Positions 1-8,165 of a stretch of 64,000 nt of DNA are shown here, in pieces. Position 1 is the stretch's first letter. Each line of letters starts with the position of its first letter. Source of the stretch: Candidatus Aenigmatarchaeota archaeon (GTDB lineage: Archaea; Aenigmatarchaeota; Aenigmatarchaeia; Aenigmatarchaeales; Aenigmatarchaeaceae); assembly GCA_043802485.1 (NCBI GenBank), contig JAZDKZ010000001.1, forward strand, positions 75,257 to 139,256. The letters are read 5' to 3'. The position numbers and the translations under genes are program-made. Under the pieces are notes generated by a model. It did not search any database, was not told where the DNA came from, and saw only the letters and a program-made list of their open reading frames with translations.

Positions 1-590
1 ATCAGTCTTTCCAGGGGCGTTTCACTGACTATTTTCTTGTGCTTCTTGCTCCTGAGCATGATTGTATTCATGGATATGTTCCAGCCGTTCTGTAAAATTC
101 TTCCTACCAGCTTATCCGCCCCCCACATGTGAAAATTGACGTTTTTGGCGTCCTGGCCTTCCAAAATCTGGATGGTCCCTTCAAACACTTCCCTTGAATG
201 GATGATCAAGGGTTTATCCAGTTCCTTTGCCAGCTCTATCATCTGTATGAACAAATCCTTCTGCTTCTTTCTCCAGACCTCTTTTCTAATGTACCAGTAA
301 TCAAGACCAGTTTCTCCTATGGCTGTTATTTTATCCTTATTTTTAACAATAAGGTCCAAAAAGTTGTCCCTTTCTTTTATTGACATTTCTTTGACATGTT
401 CTGGGTGTATTCCACATGAGGCGAACACAAAGCCCTTGTAATCGTCAACCATCCTCATCGTGAGCTCAAAATCCCTTGGATGGGCGCAAGAAGTTATAAC
501 AGCCTTTAGTTCCTTTCTGCAGGCCTCTACCACTTCATCCCTGTCATTGTCATAATCCTTCTGCTCAAGATGGCAGTGTACATCGATCAT
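1..590 (-). CDS. tatD: TatD family deoxyribonuclease (3' end runs off the window)
   Basis: Translated by hand from ATG at 590: MIDVHCHLEQKDYDND...ASCGIHPEH...IGETGLD; the D-x-H-C-H, GIHP and GETGLD motifs are TatD hallmarks. Absent from the ORF track because it is partial. Confidence 0.9.
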   Translation of the reverse strand, partial: MIDVHCHLEQKDYDNDRDEVVEACRKELKAVITSCAHPRDFELTMRMVDDYKGFVFASCGIHPEHVKEMSIKERDNFLDLIVKNKDKITAIGETGLDYWYIRKEVWRKKQKDLFIQMIELAKELDKPLIIHSREVFEGTIQILEGQDAKNVNFHMWGADKLVGRILQNGWNISMNTIMLRSKKHKKIVSETPLERL

Positions 591-637
591 AAGAATTATT
601 TACAGTTGTAATATTTGAAAATAACACAAGAAGATAA

Positions 638-1081
638 TCAAGAAAACTTGTACCTTTCACAGACGTACTTTAGCGCATTCTTTTGGTTCTTATGGGTAAG
701 TATCTCCAGAGCCTCTTCCTTGCTTACCCACATGTACTTGTCGTGCTCCCTCTTATCCAGCTTGATACTCTTGCTGAATGCTTCGATAACGAATACATAC
801 CCCTTTGCTCCGTGGTAAATGTGTTTGTCCTTGACAAAGCCTTTAGGGAACTTGAACCTTATGTAATGCCTTGTCTTGGCAATTATCTTAAACTTCTTTT
901 TTCCAGTCTCCTCTCTAATTTCCCTTTTCAGGCAATCTATGATATTCTCATTATCCTCCTTGCCGCCTTTGAGCAGCTCCCAGCCATTCCAGTTCTTTAT
1001 TCTGTGGAGTATCAGAAACTGCGGATACTTTCTCCTGAGAAAGACCACACCAAAGATGCATCTCCTGTACTTTCTCTTCAT
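638..1081 (-). CDS. NUDIX hydrolase
   Basis: Nudix box GGKEDNENIIDCLKREIREETG; EHD..W motif as in Ap4A hydrolases. Confidence 0.88.
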   Translation of the reverse strand: MKRKYRRCIFGVVFLRRKYPQFLILHRIKNWNGWELLKGGKEDNENIIDCLKREIREETGKKKFKIIAKTRHYIRFKFPKGFVKDKHIYHGAKGYVFVIEAFSKSIKLDKREHDKYMWVSKEEALEILTHKNQKNALKYVCERYKFS

Positions 1082-1123
1082 GTTTCTCAACTATTTTTAT
1101 GTGCAAACTGATATGTATAATTT

Positions 1124-1483
1124 ATGAGGGTTGTTCTTGACACCAATTTTTTTGTTTCAGCTGTGAATTTCAAGATGGATTTGTTTTCAGAGCTGAGAGG
1201 ACATGAGATTTATGTCACAGAACCTGTTCTAATTGAATTGGAGGAGATTGCAAAAGGGAACGGCAAGGACGCCTTTTCTGCTAGAGTATCCCTGAAACTG
1301 GTCGAGGAAAAGGGTTTAAAAGTATTGGAACCCAAAGAAAAGGAAGCTGATGTCTCCCTTCTGGAGCTGAGTAAGCAGGGATATGCCATAGCAACGCAGG
1401 ACAAGAGGCTCAGGGAAAAGCTTAAGAGAACTGGGTCAAAGATTATATTTATAAGACAGAGAAAATATGTTGTTTTTGAGTGA
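1124..1483 (+). CDS. PIN-domain protein (Fcf1/Utp24-like rRNA processing)
   Basis: VVLDTNF, PVLIELE, EAD, ATQDKRLR, IFIRQRKY; conserved position upstream of rpoE'. Confidence 0.88.
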   Translation: MRVVLDTNFFVSAVNFKMDLFSELRGHEIYVTEPVLIELEEIAKGNGKDAFSARVSLKLVEEKGLKVLEPKEKEADVSLLELSKQGYAIATQDKRLREKLKRTGSKIIFIRQRKYVVFE

Positions 1484-1487
1484 TTTT

Positions 1488-1985
1488 ATGGATATTTCAA
1501 AACTAGAGCCGGGAACAAAGGATTTGGTGAATGTTTTCGTCGAGTCAGAGAAAGGCTCGAAGAGCTATTACAAGTACGACCAGAAGACAGGCTTTTTCAA
1601 TCTGGAAAAGGTCCTCAAACTGCCGTTCACAGGCTCGTTCGGTTTTGTGCCCAAGACGCATCATGTTGACGCCAATACATTGGATGTCATGATACTGGCT
1701 TCAGACTCGATAAAGCAGGGCATAGTCGTGCAGGCAAGGCCTATCGGCATCGTGAGGCTAAAAGCCCAGATACCTGATGATGTGCTGATTGCAGTCTCCA
1801 TAGCAGACAAAGAGTATGAAAAACTTAAGGACATCTCGGAAGTGGATGACGATACGGTGAAAAATTTAAAAGCCTTTCTGGAAGAATTTAAAGAGCTAAA
1901 GGTGGAGAACGTCCTTGACTCGGTCCATGCCAAGAATTCGGTGAGAAGGTCCATGGAGCTCTACCAGAGGAGCGTAAACAGATGA
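1488..1985 (+). CDS. Family I inorganic pyrophosphatase-like protein with degenerate active site
   Basis: VNVFVE, GFVPKT, DANTLDV (canonical DGDPLDV), ARPIG. Confidence 0.8.
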   Translation: MDISKLEPGTKDLVNVFVESEKGSKSYYKYDQKTGFFNLEKVLKLPFTGSFGFVPKTHHVDANTLDVMILASDSIKQGIVVQARPIGIVRLKAQIPDDVLIAVSIADKEYEKLKDISEVDDDTVKNLKAFLEEFKELKVENVLDSVHAKNSVRRSMELYQRSVNR

Positions 1986-2332
1986 TATTGAAATCATTTT
2001 CGCCGAGCGGCGGAAAGATACTCGGGCTTATCATAATATTCGCCTTGGTTGCGTCATATGCCTTTGTTCCTGCGTTGACAAACCCGCAGGCATGTACTAG
2101 TGGCTGCACAATAGAAATAGGATACCCGTTAAAGTTCCTGTTTTACGAGATGGGAACGCAGACACAAGGCTTTATGAATTACAATATCGTTAATTTTATA
2201 ATCGATTTAGTTATTGTTTATTTTTCATTATGCTTATTGTCGTTGATTTTAAACTTAGGGAGGAGAAAAAATGTACCAAATAATAACAGCGGAGGACGAG
2301 GTAGCAGTCCCGCCGACCAAATTGGGATCTAA
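1982..2332 (+). CDS. Small two-TM membrane protein
   Basis: Two hydrophobic segments; ATGA overlap with the upstream gene. Confidence 0.6.
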   Translation: MILKSFSPSGGKILGLIIIFALVASYAFVPALTNPQACTSGCTIEIGYPLKFLFYEMGTQTQGFMNYNIVNFIIDLVIVYFSLCLLSLILNLGRRKNVPNNNSGGRGSSPADQIGI

Positions 2333-2858
2333 CATAGAAAAGGCTGTCAAAGAGTCCATAGAGGAGAGTTTTGAGGGCAGGATAGACAACACTGTAGGCG
2401 TCGTGCTCTCTGTCACAGAAATTGATGATATCAAAGAGGGAACAATCATTCCAGGCAATCCTTCTGTTCTTTATCCTGTTCGCTTCAAGATGCTGACATG
2501 GATGCCCAAGCAGCATGAGATTGTCGAGGGAGAGGTGGTTGACATAACAGAGTTCGGCGCCTTCATCAGGTGCGGCGCTTTGGACGGCTTGGTGCATGTC
2601 TCCCAGATAATGGACGACTTTGTCAGTTACGACGAGAAGAACGCTCAGCTTGTCGGCAAGCAGACCAGGAGAGTTTTGAAGGAAGGTGACAAGGTCAGGG
2701 CAAGGATAATTTCCGTTTCTTTCACAGAGCAGAGCAAGCTCGGCTTGACAATGAGGCAGCCTTTCCTAGGCAACATAAAGTGGCTCACAGATGAGAAGAA
2801 GGAAGAGAAGAAAGCTGCTCCAAAGAAGGTCGCGAAGAAGAAGGCAAAGAAAAAGTGA
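2271..2858 (+). CDS. rpoE1: RNA polymerase subunit Rpo7 (E')
   Basis: EIVEGEVVDITEFGAF, DGLVHVSQIMDD, LTMRQPFLG. Confidence 0.97.
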   Translation: MYQIITAEDEVAVPPTKLGSNIEKAVKESIEESFEGRIDNTVGVVLSVTEIDDIKEGTIIPGNPSVLYPVRFKMLTWMPKQHEIVEGEVVDITEFGAFIRCGALDGLVHVSQIMDDFVSYDEKNAQLVGKQTRRVLKEGDKVRARIISVSFTEQSKLGLTMRQPFLGNIKWLTDEKKEEKKAAPKKVAKKKAKKK

Positions 2859-2862
2859 TTAG

Positions 2863-3045
2863 ATGGTTGAAAAAGCGTGCAGGGTCTGCAGAAGGATTGT
2901 AAAGGGAAGCATGTGCCCCATGTGCAAGAGCACGGATCTTACAAAGAGCTGGAGAGGCTCCCTGATAATCATAAACGCAGATTCTGATATTGCAAGGGAA
3001 GCCGGCATTACTGCTCCTGGCAGGTATGCTGTGAGAGTAAAGTGA
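2863..3045 (+). CDS. spt4: Transcription elongation factor Spt4 (RpoE'')
   Basis: ACRVC...CPMC...W.G...PGRYAVRVK. Confidence 0.95.
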   Translation: MVEKACRVCRRIVKGSMCPMCKSTDLTKSWRGSLIIINADSDIAREAGITAPGRYAVRVK

Positions 3046-3711
3046 TTATTTCTTCTTTACTTTCTTTAGAACCATTCTTTTCTTTGACCATCTTATTGCG
3101 TATTCTGCTACCACAAGAGCAACGCCTATCGCTATAAGGGCTATTGATATCAAGGCCATCTTCTCAAGGCCGCTGCCAAGATATTTGGATATCATGTTCT
3201 CGGCAGAAGCGCCTGAGAACATCAGAACAAGCTCAGGAGTTAGCAGGGAAATAAGAAGCGTTATCGATGAAATCGATATGATGTCCTTGCCAAGGGTTGA
3301 CAGCGGGCTCTCTGAGACCACAAGTATCATCGCAGCCGAGACGACCGTCAAAGCAAAGAATAGAAACGTTTGGTTCATTAGGGAGACAGCGTCGTCCATT
3401 GACTGGCCCATAATCTCTCTCTCGTAGAGATGGTCGATAACGTTGCCAGTCTCGTTAATCCTCAGTTCCACGCTTTCCATGCATTGGTCGACGCACCTTT
3501 CAAGCACATCCTCTGTTATCCCCTCAAAGTTCTGGCACTGCGCCCTGCACTCGGGCTCCATTATATCAGGCCCCATTGTTGATTGGGCAAATGCCTTCAG
3601 GTTCTCCTTTTGCAGGGAATCACCTATGGTCTGCGTTGTAACAAGGGTCAGAAGCGCAAAAGTGAACAACGACGAAAGCAGGAAAACTCCCACTCCTCTA
3701 AGGATTGACAT
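3046..3711 (-). CDS. Hypothetical multi-pass membrane protein
   Basis: Four hydrophobic segments and a loop with two CxxxC motifs. Confidence 0.6.
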   Translation of the reverse strand: MSILRGVGVFLLSSLFTFALLTLVTTQTIGDSLQKENLKAFAQSTMGPDIMEPECRAQCQNFEGITEDVLERCVDQCMESVELRINETGNVIDHLYEREIMGQSMDDAVSLMNQTFLFFALTVVSAAMILVVSESPLSTLGKDIISISSITLLISLLTPELVLMFSGASAENMISKYLGSGLEKMALISIALIAIGVALVVAEYAIRWSKKRMVLKKVKKK

Positions 3712-3743
3712 AAATTTATATAGATTGCTTATATAAAATAAGT

Positions 3744-4160
3744 GTGATTATGATGGACTTCAAGGTACTTGAGGAAAAGGACAATCCTGTCCTGAAAAGG
3801 AAAGAGATAATTGGTTCTTTGGACTATGGCAGGGGCTGCACGCCCAGCAAGGCGGCTCTGCAGAAGCTTCTGGCAGACCAGCTGAAGGCCAACATAGAGA
3901 ACATTGAGATAACAAAGATACTTTCCGAGTCAGGTATGGCAAAGGGAACTGCTTGGATAAAGGTGTGGCAGGAGAAGAAGGTGCCTTTGTACAAGACAAA
4001 GAAGGAAGCCGAAGAAAAGGTAGAGGAAAAGCCAATAGAACAATCAAAAGAAGCTCCAAACGAGGAAGCAAAAGTGCAAGAGAAACCGGCTGAGCAGCCA
4101 AAAGCAGAGGCTGAGCCAAAGAAAGAGGAAACTCTATCAGAAGAGAAAGGTGAGCAATAA
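3744..4160 (+). CDS. rps24e: 30S ribosomal protein S24e with Glu/Lys/Pro-rich C-terminal tail
   Basis: NPVLKRKEI...TPSK; immediately upstream of S27ae. Confidence 0.88.
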   Translation: MIMMDFKVLEEKDNPVLKRKEIIGSLDYGRGCTPSKAALQKLLADQLKANIENIEITKILSESGMAKGTAWIKVWQEKKVPLYKTKKEAEEKVEEKPIEQSKEAPNEEAKVQEKPAEQPKAEAEPKKEETLSEEKGEQ

Positions 4161-4375
4161 TGGGAAAGAAGAAGAAGTCAAAGGAAAGAAAAGGAAAAAG
4201 AGCTCCAAGCAAGAGCAAGCACAAAAAAATTGTAATGCACAAGAGATATAATGGTGCAAAGATAAAGGGAAAATGGTGTCCCAGATGTGGACCAGGTGTT
4301 TTGCTAGCTAAGCACAAGAATCGCGTGACATGCGGCAAGTGCAACTATTCTGAGATTGAAGTTGTGAAGAAATAA
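4160..4375 (+). CDS. rps27ae: 30S ribosomal protein S27ae
   Basis: CPRCGPGVLLAKHKNRVTCGKCNY. Confidence 0.96.
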   Translation: MGKKKKSKERKGKRAPSKSKHKKIVMHKRYNGAKIKGKWCPRCGPGVLLAKHKNRVTCGKCNYSEIEVVKK

Positions 4376-4789
4376 TTAATTATTATTTAACTTATATTTC
4401 TTTAATTCTCCCATCTGTTTTATTACAGAAGGCAGATAATGTATTTCTCCTTTGTCTATGCCAAATTTATCATTCATCCATGTTATAATATTTTGTTCGT
4501 CGTCTTCTTCACAACTTTCCCTTCTTTTATTACAGAAAGAGCAAATATCATCTATGTTTTCCACAGTTTCCAACCAACCATCCCCATTATTCACAACTTC
4601 TTTACAATATTCTATTACCTTGTTTACAGTTTCTTCATCGTATTCTACTTGTTCAGAATCATTTTTTTGATCTAACTTGGATAGATAAGGTTCATTAATT
4701 TTTTTTCTTATTGTTTCCTCCCCCTCTAGAATAAAACCATATAAAAAATTTATATGATGAGGTCTCAACCTATAGAGCTTGGCTTCCAT
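4376..4789 (-). CDS. DUF1284-like Cys/His protein
   Basis: RLRPHH near the N-terminus and DDICSFC; AT-rich. Confidence 0.5.
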   Translation of the reverse strand: MEAKLYRLRPHHINFLYGFILEGEETIRKKINEPYLSKLDQKNDSEQVEYDEETVNKVIEYCKEVVNNGDGWLETVENIDDICSFCNKRRESCEEDDEQNIITWMNDKFGIDKGEIHYLPSVIKQMGELKKYKLNNN

Positions 4790-4907
4790 TTTAATATATT
4801 GAACAAAAAACTTTAAATTCTTATTTTTAAACACAGTTAAAAAAATAATAAAGAAAAAGATAAATTAAAAAATCATCTTCTCCTTCTCTTAGGTTTTCTT
4901 CTAGCCT

Positions 4908-5258
4908 TTATTTGGAACTCGGGTTGTTCTTCATAAGACCAAATGTGTTTCCTTGCGGGTCTTTGAAATAAGCCAAGTAACCTACACCTGGAACAGTCAT
5001 CTTTTCTGTCAATAATGTACCTCCAGCATTCTTTACATTTTCCAAGGCCTTGTCAATGTCATCAACGTCTATCGTATTGATTGCAGGATTGTTCTCCTTG
5101 TTCAGACCGCCGTCAATTCCAGGACCTTCGCCCGTTTTAATCATCCAATAATTCATTGGTCCCCATTTTTCAAATTTCCAACCAAAAACCTTACTGTAGA
5201 AGTCGATTAAATTCTCAGGTTCCTTGCCAAATATTTCGAAATGTACTACTCTACTCAT
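4908..5258 (-). CDS. VOC/glyoxalase family protein
   Basis: VVHFEI, FYSKVFGW, GIDGG, VDDID, FKDPQGN. Confidence 0.92.
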   Translation of the reverse strand: MSRVVHFEIFGKEPENLIDFYSKVFGWKFEKWGPMNYWMIKTGEGPGIDGGLNKENNPAINTIDVDDIDKALENVKNAGGTLLTEKMTVPGVGYLAYFKDPQGNTFGLMKNNPSSK

Positions 5259-5304
5259 CTTACCACCCCATATCTTAATAAATTTTGATTTTATTTATAT
5301 CATT

Positions 5305-6270
5305 ATGATCTGCTTAGGTATTGAATCAACTGCACATACTTTTGGCGTAGGTATTGTCAAGGATAACGAGGTTATAGCAGACGAGAAGATGATGTACATC
5401 CCTCCAAAGGGTTCTGGTATAATTCCAAAGGAGGCTGCTCAGCATCACATTGAAAATTTCTCTTCTGTTCTGGAGAAATGTCTGGAAAGTGCAAACATGA
5501 AGATGAGTGACATTGATACTGTCGCCTTTTCTCAGGGACCTGGATTACCACAATGTCTGAGGGTAGGTGGTGTTGTTGCAAGGACTCTGGCACTAAAGCA
5601 CAAAAAACCTCTTATAGGCGTCAACCATTGCCTTGCGCATATTGAGGTTGGAAAGATATGTACCAGTTGTAAGGACCCTGTTGTTCTTTACCTTTCAGGA
5701 GGCAACACACAGGTGATAGCCTTTACAGAAGGCAGGTACAGAGTCTTTGGTGAGACGCAGGACGTGCCTATCGGCAATGCTCTTGATATGATAGCCAGGA
5801 GCTTTGGTCTGTCGATGCCAGGCGGCCTACACATCGAGCGCCTGGCCAAAGACGGAAAATACATCGAGCTTCCCTACGTTGTGAAGGGAATGGACCTTTC
5901 ATTCTCCGGTCTGGCTACAGAGGCCATAAGGAAATACAAGCAGGGTGTAAGCAAGGAGGATGTTTCTTATTCTTTCCAGGAGACGTGTTTTGCCATGCTG
6001 GCAGAGGTTGCTGAAAGGGCAATGGCCCATACAGGCAAGGAGGAGCTGCTTCTGGTTGGTGGTGTTGCCGCCAATATACGATTGCAGGAAATGCTCAAGA
6101 TAATGTGCGACGAGCGCGGAGCGAAATTCTTTGTTGTTCCTATGAAATACTCCGGGGACAACGGCTCCATGATAGCTGTGACAGGGGCGATATACAACAG
6201 ACCCATAAAGATCGAAGACAGTGACGTCAGGCAGAAGTGGAGAGTGGACGAGGTCCAGATAGACTATTAA
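5305..6270 (+). CDS. kae1: KEOPS t6A transferase Kae1 (not fused to Bud32)
   Basis: GIESTAHTFG, GVNHCLAHIE, SGGNTQ, GGVAAN, DNGSMIA. Confidence 0.97.
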   Translation: MICLGIESTAHTFGVGIVKDNEVIADEKMMYIPPKGSGIIPKEAAQHHIENFSSVLEKCLESANMKMSDIDTVAFSQGPGLPQCLRVGGVVARTLALKHKKPLIGVNHCLAHIEVGKICTSCKDPVVLYLSGGNTQVIAFTEGRYRVFGETQDVPIGNALDMIARSFGLSMPGGLHIERLAKDGKYIELPYVVKGMDLSFSGLATEAIRKYKQGVSKEDVSYSFQETCFAMLAEVAERAMAHTGKEELLLVGGVAANIRLQEMLKIMCDERGAKFFVVPMKYSGDNGSMIAVTGAIYNRPIKIEDSDVRQKWRVDEVQIDY

Positions 6271-6877
6271 TATTTCTCCTTGTCATATCAACAATTTGAA
6301 ACGGACTAAACAATATAATTTCTTTATCATGACTTGTTCTGTAGCTTATGATAAGATCTTTTCTGAAGGCTTCTTCTATCATATTATCCCCTTCCATGAT
6401 TAACTCGCCTGGGTTCTTCATTAAAATCCTTGCGCACTTTGTTGACAAGAGATTATTTTTAGAAGCTATAGTTGTTGAAACGGACAAATTAGATGATTTT
6501 AATCTGTTCTGTAGAAATCCATCTAACGAATCATGGTGGGAATATACATTGACACGATCATATCCTCTTTTGTAGCTAGCAACTCTTGAATAGTTCTCTG
6601 GTTTTATTTTCAACCTTTTAGAATAGTCCTCCAAATCTTCCAAAGGCACGGTTTTGTTGAAACCTTTTGGCTTGCCCCCAAAAAATATATCCTCATAAAT
6701 ATCGCTATAATATTGGTTAATTTTTGCGGTATCACCAACTTGTTTAAATCCCTTACAATCATGTAGCAAAAAATACATTCCCATCTGAAAATTCCTAGCC
6801 GATAACGCTTCAGGTTTACTTGATGCTATCATTTCAAAGTTTCTTTCTACCTCTTCTATCTTTTGATTAAAGTCCAT
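6227..6877 (-). CDS. Hypothetical AT-rich protein
   Basis: 216-aa ORF overlapping the kae1 3' end convergently. Confidence 0.55.
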   Translation of the reverse strand: MDFNQKIEEVERNFEMIASSKPEALSARNFQMGMYFLLHDCKGFKQVGDTAKINQYYSDIYEDIFFGGKPKGFNKTVPLEDLEDYSKRLKIKPENYSRVASYKRGYDRVNVYSHHDSLDGFLQNRLKSSNLSVSTTIASKNNLLSTKCARILMKNPGELIMEGDNMIEEAFRKDLIISYRTSHDKEIILFSPFQIVDMTRRNINSLSGPRPLSTSA

Positions 6878-6901
6878 GAAACTATTAGAAGAGAAAACAA
6901 T

Positions 6902-7291
6902 TTAAGCAGTTTGAACATTGATCATTTTCTTCAGCTGCTTTCTATCTTCAAGGAGCTTTTTATAGTCGTCATAGTTCCTCACCGCCCTGAGGAAAACGAT
7001 ATTCCTTTCCTTTGTCACACAGTAGACGATATGCTTTTTGCCTCTTTTTGCCCTGAATATCAAGTTGTCATTGATGTTCTCCTCGAACTTGTGCAGTTCG
7101 TGGAACTCTGTATGTGAGCAGTTCAGGACATCCTTTACTATCGAGTCTATCTCCTCTTGGTCCTTCAGGTCCCTTTCAAAGTGCTTTGATATCACAACTT
7201 CTTTCAGCAGGGGTCTTACTCTCATGAAGTGGCTGTTGCAGCTGTCGCAGAAATCCTTTCTTACAGAGCATGAGTTTTCCACCTTGTGCAT
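6902..7291 (-). CDS. Hypothetical protein, possibly RelE/ParE-like fold with N-terminal Cys cluster
   Basis: VISKHFERDLK ... FRAK...HIVY...IVFL pattern. Confidence 0.45.
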   Translation of the reverse strand: MHKVENSCSVRKDFCDSCNSHFMRVRPLLKEVVISKHFERDLKDQEEIDSIVKDVLNCSHTEFHELHKFEENINDNLIFRAKRGKKHIVYCVTKERNIVFLRAVRNYDDYKKLLEDRKQLKKMINVQTA

Positions 7292-7357
7292 AAACTGAAT
7301 AATGAGGCTTGAAATTTAAGTCTTCTTGTCCAATATTTTACAATGGGTGTGTCTGAC

Positions 7358-7772
7358 ATGGAAATTGAAAAAATGGATAAAGATATAGAAGATTTGTCTT
7401 ATGTAGTAACATTTAACGAAGAAACAAGAGAGCTGGCCAAGCATTTCAAAAGGAAGCCCAACCGAGCGATAGAAGTTGTATATCTTAGGAAACTTTAATG
7501 AATTACGTAAAGACTACAACTTCATTCTTAAATATTTAATAAATGAAAAATGTTCTATGAAACACAAGAAAGAGAACCTTGTTGTTCTAAAGTACGCAAC
7601 AAATGAATGCTACACAAATGTTGTAAAAGTCGATAAAGTAGATCCCAAAGATTTTTCGATAGACCTAGAAAAAGGCACTTGGTCTTTTGATGAATGGAAA
7701 AATAATAAAATCGGGAGTATGAGAAGCCTTTACGGTAATCCTTTGGCTGTTCAAAAAGAACATATGGTGTGA
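7358..7772 (+). pseudogene. Possible frameshifted AT-rich ORFan
   Basis: 46-codon ORF from ATG 7358 overlaps, in another frame, the 98-aa ORF at 7476-7772. Confidence 0.3.
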
Positions 7773-7913
7773 TAGGTGTATATGACAGAACAATCACAAA
7801 ACACCTTGACAGAATGGTTCATGCTTCTAAAGAAGCAACGACTGACTACAGTAATGCAGATTAAATTTAAAATCAATAAATGTGTTTAAATCTTTTTCTA
7901 ACCCTTTATTGAT

Positions 7914-8144
7914 ATGGTGAGAAGAACAGCATGGTCCGAAATATATAAGACGACAAAATTCGTGGAAAGCATTGTTGACAATGTTCTCAAAAACAAAAAA
8001 GTGCAGATGAGCAGAAGGGATGCCACTAAAATATTGTATTCCATAGTTAATTCAGGAAATCAATATCAGAACTTTGCTAAGATTGTAAGAGGAGACGTGC
8101 AATACAAAGAACATGTAAAGGAAGAATTCTTCAACAGAAAATAG
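7914..8144 (+). CDS. Small hypothetical protein
   Basis: 76-aa ORF with a TTTAAA box about 25 nt upstream. Confidence 0.5.
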   Translation: MVRRTAWSEIYKTTKFVESIVDNVLKNKKVQMSRRDATKILYSIVNSGNQYQNFAKIVRGDVQYKEHVKEEFFNRK

Positions 8145-8165
8145 CAAAAACTTCCTGATAGTAAT

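Noticed and set aside
4873..4920. Minus-strand KARRKPKRRRR* stretch after the VOC gene, possibly another displaced gene tail
   Set aside because: Low-complexity purine run with no matching parent gene in the window.
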